A DNA stretch of 64,000 nucleotides, taken from an uncultured beta proteobacterium. Its GTDB lineage: Bacteria; Pseudomonadota; Gammaproteobacteria; Burkholderiales; Casimicrobiaceae. Both the position numbers and the translations under genes were made by a program. This document shows, piece after piece, positions 1 to 8,931 of this stretch. How positions within the stretch are numbered: the stretch's first letter is position 1; each line of letters opens with the position of its first letter. Under the pieces are notes generated by a model. The model did not search any database. It was not told the DNA's origin and saw only the letters and a program-made list of their open reading frames with translations. The stretch spans positions 190,611 through 254,610 of the forward strand of contig CAVOOD010000007.1 in assembly GCA_963697485.1 (NCBI GenBank). The letters are read 5' to 3'.

Positions 1-1103
1 CGACGCGGTCGAGCTCGGTCCGTACAGCCATTTCATGCAGAAGGAAATCTTCGAGCAGCCGCGCGCGATCGCCGACACGCTGGAAAGCGTCGGCGGCATC
101 GGGCCCGAGCTGTTCGGGGCCGCGGCGGCCGGAGATCTTCGCCGGCGTCAATGAGGTGCGCGTGCTCGCCTGCGGCACCAGCTACTACTCGGGCATGGTG
201 GCGCGGCTGTGGCTCGAGGCCGTTGCCGGCATACCGGCGCAGGCCGAGATCGCCAGCGAATACCGCTATCGCGACAGCGTGCCCAATCCCGATGCGCTGG
301 TCGTCGTCATCTCCCAATCGGGCGAGACCGCGGATACCTTGTCGGCGCTGAAGCACGCCAAGGCGCTCGGCCATCGCCACACGCTCGCGATCTGCAACGC
401 GCCGACGAGCTCGATGGTGCGGCAGACCGCGCTCACCTACCTGACCCGCGCCGGCGTCGAGATCGGCGTCGCTTCGACCAAGGCGTTCACCACGCAACTG
501 ACCGCGCTGTTCCTGCTGACGCTGACGCTGGCCAAGCAGCGCGGACGGCTCGACGCGGCGCAGGAAGCGCGCTGGCTGCAGGCCTTGCGCCATCTGCCGG
601 CGGCGATCCAGGCGGTGCTGGCGCTCGAGCCCTCGATCATCGCCTGGGCCGAGCGCTTCGCCAAAAAGGAAAACGCGCTCTTTCTCGGACGCGGTCTGCA
701 CTATCCGATCGCGCTGGAAGGCGCGCTGAAGCTCAAGGAAATTTCGTACATCCACGGCGAGGCGTATCCGGCCGGCGAGTTGAAGCACGGGCCGCTCGCG
801 CTGGTCGACGCCAACATGCCGGTCGTCGCGATCGCGCCGAACGACGCGCTGCTGGAAAAGCTCAAGTCGAACCTGCAGGAAGTGCGCGCCCGCGGCGGCG
901 AGCTCTACGTCGTCGCCGATGCCGACAGCCAGATTCCGTCGAGCGACGGCATCCACGTGCTGCGCCTGCCCGAGCACGCCGGGCTGCTGTCGCCGATCGT
1001 GCACACGATCCCGCTGCAGCTGCTCGCCTACCACACGGCCGTGCTGCGCGGCACCGACGTCGACAAGCCGCGGAATCTGGCGAAGTCGGTGACGGTGGAG
1101 TGA
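1..1103 (+). pseudogene. glmS: Glutamine--fructose-6-phosphate aminotransferase GlmS, 3' part (5' end outside window); frame break near 131
   Basis: ORF 156..1103 has SIS-domain motifs ([32 protein letters not shown]) and the canonical C-terminus [12 protein letters not shown]. The upstream residues [28 protein letters not shown] continue the protein in another frame that stops at 152-154. One extra base around ccgg 129-132 separates the two parts. Confidence 0.9.
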
Positions 1104-1125
1104 GAAGCGCCGCCGCAGTCGCGCG

Positions 1126-1473
1126 ATGAAGCTCCGTACCGAATTTCGCCTGCGCATCCGTCGCGGCGATGACATCGCGGTCGGCCCGGGCAAGATCGAC
1201 CTGCTCGAAGCGATCGACGCCGCCGGCTCGATTACCGCCGCGGCGCGCTCGCTCGGCATGTCGTACCGCCGCGCGTGGCTTCTGGTCGACACGATGAATC
1301 GATGCTTTCGCACTCCGGTGGTCGACGCGGAAGCCGGAGGGAAGCGCGGCGGCGGCGCGCGCCTGACCCGGCTTGGGCGAGACGTGATCGAGCGCTACCG
1401 CCGGATCGAACGAAACGCGGCGCGCGCCAGCGCGGCCGACATCCGCGCATTGACACGAAAGCTCGCCGGCTAG
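1126..1473 (+). CDS. ModE N-terminal-domain (winged HTH) molybdate-responsive regulator-like protein, 115 aa, without Mop/TOBE domains
   Basis: The segment GPGKIDLLEAIDAAGSITAAARSLGMSYRRAWLLVDTMN matches the ModE/LysR-type HTH N-domain. The gene lies next to modCBA. Its length is too short to include molybdate-binding domains. Confidence 0.75.
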   Translation: MKLRTEFRLRIRRGDDIAVGPGKIDLLEAIDAAGSITAAARSLGMSYRRAWLLVDTMNRCFRTPVVDAEAGGKRGGGARLTRLGRDVIERYRRIERNAARASAADIRALTRKLAG

Positions 1474-1477
1474 TGTA

Positions 1478-2567
1478 CTAGGCGTAGCCGACGCTGCGCC
1501 GGTCGAGCGATACCGCCTTGATCAGCGCGTAGACTTGCTGGCCTTCGCGCAGTGCGAGCTCGTGCACGGAACGACGCGTGATGCGCGCCGTGAGCGGCAG
1601 CTGTCCGACGCGCAGCTGCACGTCGACGATCGGGCCTTCTTCGGCGGCGATCGCGACCAGCGTCGCCGGCAGCACGTTGAGCACGCTCAATCCCGGCGGG
1701 CGCGCGAGCGCCAGCGACACGTCGCGGGCGCGAATGCGAACGCGTACTCGTTCGCCGACCAGCGCCTCGACGTTGGGCACGATCAGCTCGCCGCCATCGA
1801 AGCGCAGCGTGGTGAGCCCATAGGCGAGATCGTGGGCGGCGACGACGGTCTCGATCACCGATCCCGATTCGTATCGTCCGGTGTGCGGTCGCAGGTCGAT
1901 CCGCCCCATCACCTCGTCGACCGGTCCGGAAGCCAGCGCCTTGCCGTCGGCGAGCAACACGACCGTGTCGGCCAGGCGCGTGATCTCGGCGACCGAGTGG
2001 CTGACGTAGACGATCGGAATATGCAGATCGTCGCGCAGCTGCTCGATGTAGCGCAGCATCTCGCTCTGCCGCGGCACGTCGAGCGAGGCGAGCGGCTCGT
2101 CCATCAGCAGGAGTGCGCGGCTGCGCGAGCAGCGCGCGGCCGATCGCGACGCGCTGCTTTTCGCCGCCGGAAAGCTTGTCCGGCAATCGACGAAGCAGCG
2201 AGTCGAGCCCGAGCAGTCGGATGACGTGCGCCGGATCGATGACGCGCGCAGCAGCCGGCGCGCGATGCAGTCCGTACAGCAGGTTGGATTCGACGTCGAG
2301 GTGCGGAAAAAGCAGCCCATCCTGGAATACGTAGCCGAGGCGTCTCTTGTCCGGCGGCAGGTCGATGCCGCGAGCGCTGTCGAACAGCGCCTCGCCGTTG
2401 ATGACGATGCGTCCGCGTTGCGGACGGCTGATGCCCGCGATCGCATTGACGACGCTGGTCTTGCCCGAGCCCGAGCGACCGAACAGGCCGACGATCGGCG
2501 CCTCGGCGCGAAACGCGACCTTGAGCTCGAACGCCCCGAGGCGCTGCTCGATGTCAACGTCGATCAT
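1478..2567 (-). pseudogene. modC: Molybdate ABC transporter ATP-binding protein ModC, one frame break near 2115
   Basis: N-terminal part has Walker A GRSGSGKTS and signature LSGGEKQRVAIGRALLAQPR. After the break, the frame of ORF 1478..2557 gives LLLMDEPLASLD and a C-terminal TOBE-like domain. The ATG at 2567 overlaps the modB TGA (ATGA). Confidence 0.9.
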
Positions 2568-3221
2568 CGGCCAGCCGTCCTGCGCGATCGTCGCGTCAGC
2601 CATTCGGAAGCGATCAGCGCCGCGATCGACAGAACCACGGCGAAGAGCGACAGGCGCAGCGCCTGGGCATCGCCGCCGGGCATCTGCGTGAACGTGTAGA
2701 TCGCGAGCGGCAGCGTTTCGGTCTCGCCGGGAATGTTGGACACGAACGTGATCGTCGCGCCGAACTCGCCGAGGCTCGCGCGCGAACGACAGCAGCGCGC
2801 CGGTGACGATGCCCGGCAGCGCCAGCGGCAGCGTGATCGACGCGAACACCCAGGCGCGCGATCCGCCGAGCGTGCGCGCGACGATTTCGAGGCGGCGGTC
2901 GATCGCGTCGATCGACAGGCGTATCGCGCGCACCATCAGCGGAAAGCCCATGATCGCGGCCGCGAGCGCGGCGCCGGTCCAGCGAAACGCGAACACGATG
3001 CCGAACCAGTCGGCGAGCCATGCGCCGAGCCGCCCGTGCTTGCCGAAGAGCAGCAGCAGCGCGAATCCGACGACGACCGGCGGCAGCACCAGCGGCAGGT
3101 GGACGAGCGCATCGAGCAGCGTCTTGCCGGGAAAATCGGTGCGCGCGAGCACGTAGGCGAAGAAGATCGCCAGCGGCAGGCTGCACGCAACGCCGACGAA
3201 CGCGACCTTCAGGCTCAGCAC
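2564..3221 (-). pseudogene. modB: Molybdate ABC transporter permease ModB, frame break near 2778; true start uncertain
   Basis: LSLKVAFVG...LVHLPLVLPPVVVGF...FPLMVRAIRLSIDAID, then FAR followed by a 1-nt insertion. The continuation SLGEFGATITFVSNIPGETETLPLAIY...SEWLTRRSRRTAGR is readable in another frame and ends at 2564. Confidence 0.88.
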
Positions 3222-3260
3222 GATGATGCCGAATTCGGTCGTCGCTCGGCACGATGCCCG

Positions 3261-4039
3261 CTAATTCGCCATCGCGAAGCCGTGGCGCAGCCAGATCGCT
3301 CGCGCGGCCGGGCGATGCGCAGGTAGTCGACGAAGCGTCTGCGCGTGATGCGAGCGGCTCGTTGCGACGATCGCGACCGGATAGACGATCGGCGGGTGCG
3401 TCTCCTCGGGAAATGTATCGACGATGCGCACCTTGGGTTCGGCGAGCGCGTCGGTCGTGTAGACGATGCCGAAGCGGCGCCTCGCCGCGCGCCACCAGCA
3501 CGAGCGCGGCGCGCACGTTGTCGTCGCGCGCGATGCGCGATTCGACGCTCGCCCACACGCCGAGCGCAGTCAGCGCCGCCTTGCCGTACTTGCCGGCCGG
3601 AACGCTGTCGGGGTTGGCCATCGCGAGCTTGCTCGTACCGAGCGCGGCAGCGAGCGCGAAGCCCGGCGCGATCGGGAGCGATGCTCGCGCTTGGGCAGGC
3701 GCGATCAGTACCAGCCGGTTGCGCAGCAGGTCGATCCGCGTGCCGGGCGCGCAGCAGATTGCGCTTGTCGAGATAGTCGATCCAGTCGAGGTCGGCCGAG
3801 ACGAAGACGTCTGCGGGCGCACCGGCTTCGATCTGCCTGGCCAGCGCATTGCTTGCTCCGTAGGAGACGACGATCTTGTCGCCTGTTTCGGCTTCGAACC
3901 TGTTGACCTGCTCGTCCAGCGCTTCCTTGAGGCTCGCGGCGGCGAAGACGGTGAGATCGGCGCCGCGCGCAGGCTCGATCGGCAGCCCGGCAAGCGTCAA
4001 TCCGATCGCGACGGCGGCGGTCACCAATAGGCCCCGCAT
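3261..4039 (-). pseudogene. modA: Molybdate ABC transporter periplasmic binding protein ModA, at least 3 frame breaks
   Basis: Signal peptide [18 protein letters not shown], then [15 protein letters not shown]...[30 protein letters not shown]. It continues in other frames (NRLVLIAP..., [21 protein letters not shown]..., [14 protein letters not shown] stop at 3261). Confidence 0.85.
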
Positions 4040-4067
4040 GTTGTTCCCTTCTGCAGCCATGTCGAAT

Positions 4068-4093
4068 GGTAATATACCGTGGGATATAACGAT
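4068..4093. promoter_or_regulatory. Candidate ModE operator upstream of modA
   Basis: ggTAATATAccgtgggATATAACGAt is an AT-rich imperfect inverted repeat. It resembles the enterobacterial ModE box (TATAT-N7-TAYAT flanked by CG) and lies 29-54 nt upstream of the modA ATG in otherwise GC-rich DNA. Confidence 0.5.
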
Positions 4094-4241
4094 GGACAAT
4101 TCGGCACCCGACGGCCCACTCGCGCTCGTCTCGCTCAAGGACACGCGGCCCGGGCCACGCCACGTCAAATGGCTGCAGTCTGTCGAGTTTCGCCTGCTGG
4201 ACAAATAGCGCTCAAGCCGCAGCGCAGGAACTGCGAGCGAT

Positions 4242-5070
4242 TCATGCGTCGCGGTCGCCGGCATTCGGATAGAACAACTGCTCGCCGTCGATCTTGTAGC
4301 CGGCGATGGCGCTCTGGCCCTGCGGGCGAGATCAGCCAGTCGATGAACTGCTGACCCAGATCTTTTTTCACGTTCGGGTGCTTGGCCGGGTTCACCAGCA
4401 TCACGCCGTACTGGTTGAACAGGCGCTTGTCGCCTTCGACCAGGATCGTCAGGTCGCCACGGTTCTTGAATGCGAGCCAGGTCCCGCGGTCGGCAAGGAT
4501 GTAAGCATTCATCGATCCCGCGGTATTTAGCGCCGGCCCCATTCCCTGGCCGACGTCGCGATACCAGGCTCCCTTGCTCTTGTCGATGTCGATGCCGGCG
4601 GTTTTCCATAGCGCGAGCTCCGCCATGTGCGTGCCGCTGCGATCGCCGCGCGACACGAACGGGGCATGCGCAGCCTCCAATTTGGTCAATGCGACGACGA
4701 TGTCCTTGCCACCGCCAACTTTTGCCGGATCGCTTTTCGGGCCGATCAACACGAAGTCGTTGTACATCACCGGAAAGCGCGTGACGCCTTCGCCTTCGGC
4801 GAGAAATTTCTCCTCGGCGGAGCGCGCGTGCACGAAGACGACGTCGGCGTCGCCGCGCCGCGCGACGTCGAGTGCCTGCCCGGTGCCGAGAGCCACGACG
4901 TGCACTTTGGTGCCTGTTTTCGTTTCGAAGATCGGCAACAGGTAGCCGAACAGACCCGATTGCTCGGTCGAAGTGGTCGAGGCGACCGTGATGAATCGTT
5001 CCTGCGCGCCGGCGGCCAACGCCGTCAGCGCCAGTAGAGCGAACAGGCAAACGCGACGAGTCATCACCAT
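4242..5070 (-). pseudogene. tupA: Tungstate/oxyanion ABC transporter substrate-binding protein TupA-like, frame break near 4318
   Basis: Signal peptide plus [14 protein letters not shown] and [10 protein letters not shown] motifs typical of TupA-type binding proteins. An extra base in a ccc/ggg run truncates the ORF-track product. The corrected frame reads [24 protein letters not shown] and stops at 4242. Confidence 0.8.
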
Positions 5071-5798
5071 GGCAATTCTCCTTCGAGGAAACGTGCGGCT
5101 TCGACAGACTGCGGATGCTTGAAAAAAGTCTGGGCGCTCGCGCGCTCCGCGATCCTTCCCAGATGCAGAAAGAGGATCTCGTCGCCCATGCGCCGCGCCT
5201 GGCCGAAGTTGTGGGTGACCAGCACGATCTTGGTACCCGCGGCGACCATGGCCAGGATCACGTTCTCGACCTCGTGGGTTGCGCCGGGATCGAGGCTGGC
5301 TGTAGGCTCGTCGAGGAAAATGATCTCGGGCTGCAATGCCCAGGCACGGGCCAGCGCGAGGCGCTGCTGCTCACCGCCGGAGAGAACGCGTGCCGGATGC
5401 GCGGCGTGCCCCTCGAGGCCCACCTTGGAGAGCGCCTCGCGCGCACGCTCGGAGCGGATCCGCGTCGGAACGCCCGCGATGCCGAGCGCGTGCGAGACGT
5501 TGGCCAGCGCCGAGCGGCGAAGCAGGACCGGCCGCTGAAACACCATCGCCTGCCGCCGCGGGGCTCCGACCGGCTCGACCGAGTTCCAGACGATTGAACC
5601 CGAGGTCGGTGCGAGCAAGCCATGACACAGGCGAAGCAATACGCTCTTGCCCGCTCCGTTGGGCCCGACGATCACCGTGCGCGGCCCTGCGTCGATCGCC
5701 AGCGACAGGTCATCGATGATGCGGCGGCCGCCGGCGGTGAACGTCACGTGGTCGAGACGCAACGGCAGGAGCGACATCGGCGACCGCATGTCCATCAC
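5064..5798 (-). CDS. tupC: ABC transporter ATP-binding protein (TupC-like)
   Basis: Walker A GPNGAGKS, signature [14 protein letters not shown], Walker [13 protein letters not shown]. The stop overlaps the tupA start. Confidence 0.85.
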   Translation of the reverse strand: MMDMRSPMSLLPLRLDHVTFTAGGRRIIDDLSLAIDAGPRTVIVGPNGAGKSVLLRLCHGLLAPTSGSIVWNSVEPVGAPRRQAMVFQRPVLLRRSALANVSHALGIAGVPTRIRSERAREALSKVGLEGHAAHPARVLSGGEQQRLALARAWALQPEIIFLDEPTASLDPGATHEVENVILAMVAAGTKIVLVTHNFGQARRMGDEILFLHLGRIAERASAQTFFKHPQSVEAARFLEGELPW

Positions 5799-5800
5799 CG

Positions 5801-6505
5801 TTACCCGTAGCGCCGTTGCGCGGTTTCCTTGACCAGGTACGCCGCCGCGTTAAGCGCAACCACGATCGTGACCAGGATGACCCCGAGCCCGAGCGCGAGC
5901 GGAAGATCGCCCTTGCTGGTCTCCAGCGCGATCGCGGTGGTCATCACGCGCGTGACGCCGTCGATGTTGCCGCCGACGATGATCACCGCGCCGACTTCGG
6001 CCGCTGCCCGTCCGAACCCGGCGAGCACGATCGTCACCAGCGAAAAGCGAAGGTCCCAGAGCAAGGTCGCAACCGATCCGAGCCGGGTCTCGCCCAGCGA
6101 GCGAAGCTGCTCTCGGTATTCGATCCAGGCGTCCTCGACGACTTGCCGGGTAAGCGCTGCGATGATCGGCGTGATCAGAATCGCCTGGGCGATCACCATC
6201 GCCGACGGGGTGAACAGCAGTCCCATGGCGCCCAGCGGACCCGCACGCGAAAGCAGCAGATACACCAGCAGCCCGACCACGACCGGCGGCAGACCCATCA
6301 GCGCGTTCAAAAGGACGATGGTGGTCCGGCGCGCGGGAAAGCGACTGATGGCGATCAACGCGCCGAGCGGGAGGCCGACGGCGCTGGCGATCGCGACGGC
6401 GCTTAGGCTAACGCGCAGGCTCAAGCCCACGATGCCGCCCAGCCGCGGATCGAGCGACGCGACCAGATGCCAGGCGTCGGCCAAGGCCGCGGGAACGCTG
6501 CTCAC
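5801..6505 (-). CDS. tupB: ABC transporter permease (TupB-like)
   Basis: Multi-pass membrane protein with binding-protein-dependent transporter architecture. It is the first gene of the tupB-tupC-tupA operon and has a GTG start. Confidence 0.8.
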   Translation of the reverse strand: MSSVPAALADAWHLVASLDPRLGGIVGLSLRVSLSAVAIASAVGLPLGALIAISRFPARRTTIVLLNALMGLPPVVVGLLVYLLLSRAGPLGAMGLLFTPSAMVIAQAILITPIIAALTRQVVEDAWIEYREQLRSLGETRLGSVATLLWDLRFSLVTIVLAGFGRAAAEVGAVIIVGGNIDGVTRVMTTAIALETSKGDLPLALGLGVILVTIVVALNAAAYLVKETAQRRYG

Positions 6506-6732
6506 GAGGCGGGGGGCAAGCTTGGGTTAATATGCACTAACATACTTATATGAAGATTTATTAACTATCATCATGCAGATTCAAGATGATAAGGCCAGGC
6601 GGCCCGCAGTCCAACAGGCAAAGATGTGCCTAATCGGGCCGGCTCGGTCAACGCCTCTCGCCAGCCGGCGCCTGCCTTCGGGGCGTAGCTGATTTACGGT
6701 ACGATGGGCGCCCCCGATCCACTGCCTTTCCG

Positions 6733-7680
6733 ATGGAATTTGCGTTCATCGTCGATCCGCCCGAGTGGCTGAAGGCCTACAAGGACACGAGCATTTCGAT
6801 GATGCGTGCCCTGCAGGCCCGGGGGCACGCGATCTACCTGACCGAACCCAAGGAGCTTTTCTGGCGCGACGCGGTGACGCAGGCGCGTGTGCGTCGCATC
6901 GAGGTTACCGCCGATGACCACGACTGGTACCGGTCCGCGGAAGCCCAAACGCGGCCGCTGGCCTCGTTCGCCGCGGTGCTGATGCGCAAGGACCCTCCGT
7001 TCGACATGGAATACGTCTACTCGACCTATCTGCTCGAGGCGGCCGAGCACGAAGGCGCGTACGTGATCAACGGCCCTCGCGCGATACGCGACCACAACGA
7101 AAAATGGGCGATCGCCGAGTTTCCCGAGTTCACCGTTCCGACGCTGGTGACGCGCGATCCCGATCTCATCGCCGGCTTCATCGACGAGCACGCCGACGTC
7201 ATCCTGAAGCCGCTCGACGGCATGGGCGGATCGTCGATCTTTCGCGTGCGCCGCGACGACGTCAATCGCAACGTGATCATCGAGACGATGGCGCATTTCG
7301 GCGCGCGCAGCGTCATGGCACAGCGATTCATTCCCGAGATCGCCGATGGCGACAAGCGGATCATCCTGATCAATGGCGAGCCGGCGCCGCATGCGCTGGC
7401 GCGCATCCCCAAGGCCGGTGAGACGCGCGGCAACCTGGCGGCCGGCGGCCGCGGCGTGGCGCGTCCGCTGACGCCGCGCGATCGCGAGATTGCCGAAACG
7501 ATCGGGCGGGCGCTGGCCCCCAAGGGCCTGTTCGTCATCGGTCTCGACGTGATCGGCGACTACCTGACCGAGGTCAACGTGACCAGCCCGACCGGGTTTG
7601 TCGAGATCAGCCAGCAGACCGGGTTCGACGTCGCCGGCGCCTTTGCGCAGGCGCTGGAAAAGAGCGTCGCTGCGCGTTGA
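6733..7680 (+). CDS. gshB: Glutathione synthetase
   Basis: ATP-grasp GshB motifs are present: VILKPLDGMGGSSIFRV, GDKRIILINGEP, ARIPKAGETRGNLAAGG, GLDVIGDYLTEVNVTSPTG. Confidence 0.92.
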   Translation: MEFAFIVDPPEWLKAYKDTSISMMRALQARGHAIYLTEPKELFWRDAVTQARVRRIEVTADDHDWYRSAEAQTRPLASFAAVLMRKDPPFDMEYVYSTYLLEAAEHEGAYVINGPRAIRDHNEKWAIAEFPEFTVPTLVTRDPDLIAGFIDEHADVILKPLDGMGGSSIFRVRRDDVNRNVIIETMAHFGARSVMAQRFIPEIADGDKRIILINGEPAPHALARIPKAGETRGNLAAGGRGVARPLTPRDREIAETIGRALAPKGLFVIGLDVIGDYLTEVNVTSPTGFVEISQQTGFDVAGAFAQALEKSVAAR

Positions 7681-7819
7681 GGCGCGACCGGGCGCGAGCC
7701 TTGCCGCGCAGTCGTGCGTGCTAAGATAAAGCCACCGCGCGCGAGGTATCTAAAGTTCGGGACCAATGACAAATGCCGCGGGACACACTCATGGCGCGGG
7801 CCGTCAGGGGACAGACAGC

Positions 7820-8233
7820 ATGATCGGCATCCTCATCGTCGCCCACGGCACCTTGAGCGACAGCCTGATCGGGGCGGTGACTCACGTGCTCGGGAGCCGT
7901 CCGCCCCAGTTCGAGGGCATGCGCGTTGCCGCGGCTGACGATCCGCTGGCGTTGCTGCCGCGGGCGCGCGAGGTTGTCAAGTCGCTCGACAGCGGCGACG
8001 GCGTGCTGATCTTCTCCGACATCTACGGCGCCTCGCCCTGCAACCTTGCGATCAAGCTGCTGCAGCCCGGGCGCATCGAAGCCATCGCCGGCGTCAACCT
8101 GCCGATGCTCGTGCGTGCCTTTACCTATCGCAACAAGGGCATGGACACGATGATCAAGAAGGCCATCAGCGGCGGCTGCGACGGCGTCGTGCGCGTCGAG
8201 GTGGACCCGATCTATGCAGCAACGCGAAATTGA
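7820..8233 (+). CDS. PTS EIIA component, mannose/fructose family
   Basis: MIGILIVAHGTLSDSL contains the phosphorylatable His region. This is the conserved first gene of an EIIA-HPr-EI cluster. The ATG at 7820 is preferred over the ORF-track start at 7766. Confidence 0.8.
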   Translation: MIGILIVAHGTLSDSLIGAVTHVLGSRPPQFEGMRVAAADDPLALLPRAREVVKSLDSGDGVLIFSDIYGASPCNLAIKLLQPGRIEAIAGVNLPMLVRAFTYRNKGMDTMIKKAISGGCDGVVRVEVDPIYAATRN

Positions 8234-8483
8234 AATCGTCAACAAGCTGGGATTGCATGCGCGCGCATCGGCGAAGCTGACGCAGCTTGCTGCGAAATAT
8301 CAATGCGATGTGTCGCTGGCGCGCAACGGACGCAAGATCAATGCCAAGAGCATCATGGGCGTGATGATGCTGGCGGCGGGCAAGGGTTCCCGCGTCGTGC
8401 TCGAGACCGACGGGCCCGACGAGACCGAGGCGCTCGACGCGATTACCGCGCTGATCGGCGACTACTTCGGCGAAGGACAATGA
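8214..8483 (+). CDS. ptsH: Phosphocarrier protein HPr
   Basis: 89 aa with the GLHARAS active-site His and the NAKSIMGVM regulatory Ser region. Confidence 0.9.
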   Translation: MQQREIEIVNKLGLHARASAKLTQLAAKYQCDVSLARNGRKINAKSIMGVMMLAAGKGSRVVLETDGPDETEALDAITALIGDYFGEGQ

Positions 8484-8645
8484 CGACCGCGCTGCGCGCG
8501 CAGCGGATCGTCGCCGATGGCAGACACATCGAGTTGCATCATTCGCGGAACCAAAGCCCGCGGCGCAGGCTCAATGAACAAGCGTGCTTCCCGGTCGTAA
8601 CCAGGCACGCAGGCTCATACCTCAACTGCGACGGGCGTCTCGATC

Positions 8646-8915
8646 ATGCAAAGTCTCGACATCGGCATCACCAACCGCTTGGGTCTTCACGCACGCGCGG
8701 CAGCACAGATTGTGCGTCTCGCGTCGCAATTCCGGTGCAGCGTCTGGCTGATCGTGAACGGACGGCGCGCGAGTGCGCGCAGCATGGTCGCCGTGATGAT
8801 GCTGGCGGCCAGCATGGGCAGCACGATCAGGCTGGAAACCAGTGGACCCGACGAGGCGGCGGCGATGGTGGCGATGGTGCAGCTGATCGGCGACGGGTTC
8901 GGCGAGACGCGTTAA
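8646..8915 (+). CDS. Second HPr-family phosphocarrier paralogue
   Basis: 89 aa, with GLHARAA and SARSMVAVM retained. It is roughly half identical to the upstream HPr by eye. No obvious Shine-Dalgarno sequence. Confidence 0.7.
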   Translation: MQSLDIGITNRLGLHARAAAQIVRLASQFRCSVWLIVNGRRASARSMVAVMMLAASMGSTIRLETSGPDEAAAMVAMVQLIGDGFGETR

Positions 8916-8931
8916 CCCGGCGTCCTCGCCG

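Noticed and set aside
33-1313. 426-aa ORF antisense to glmS
   Set aside because: It is Arg/Ala/Gly-rich with low complexity and lies entirely opposite a well-supported gene. This is the typical open antisense frame of high-GC DNA.
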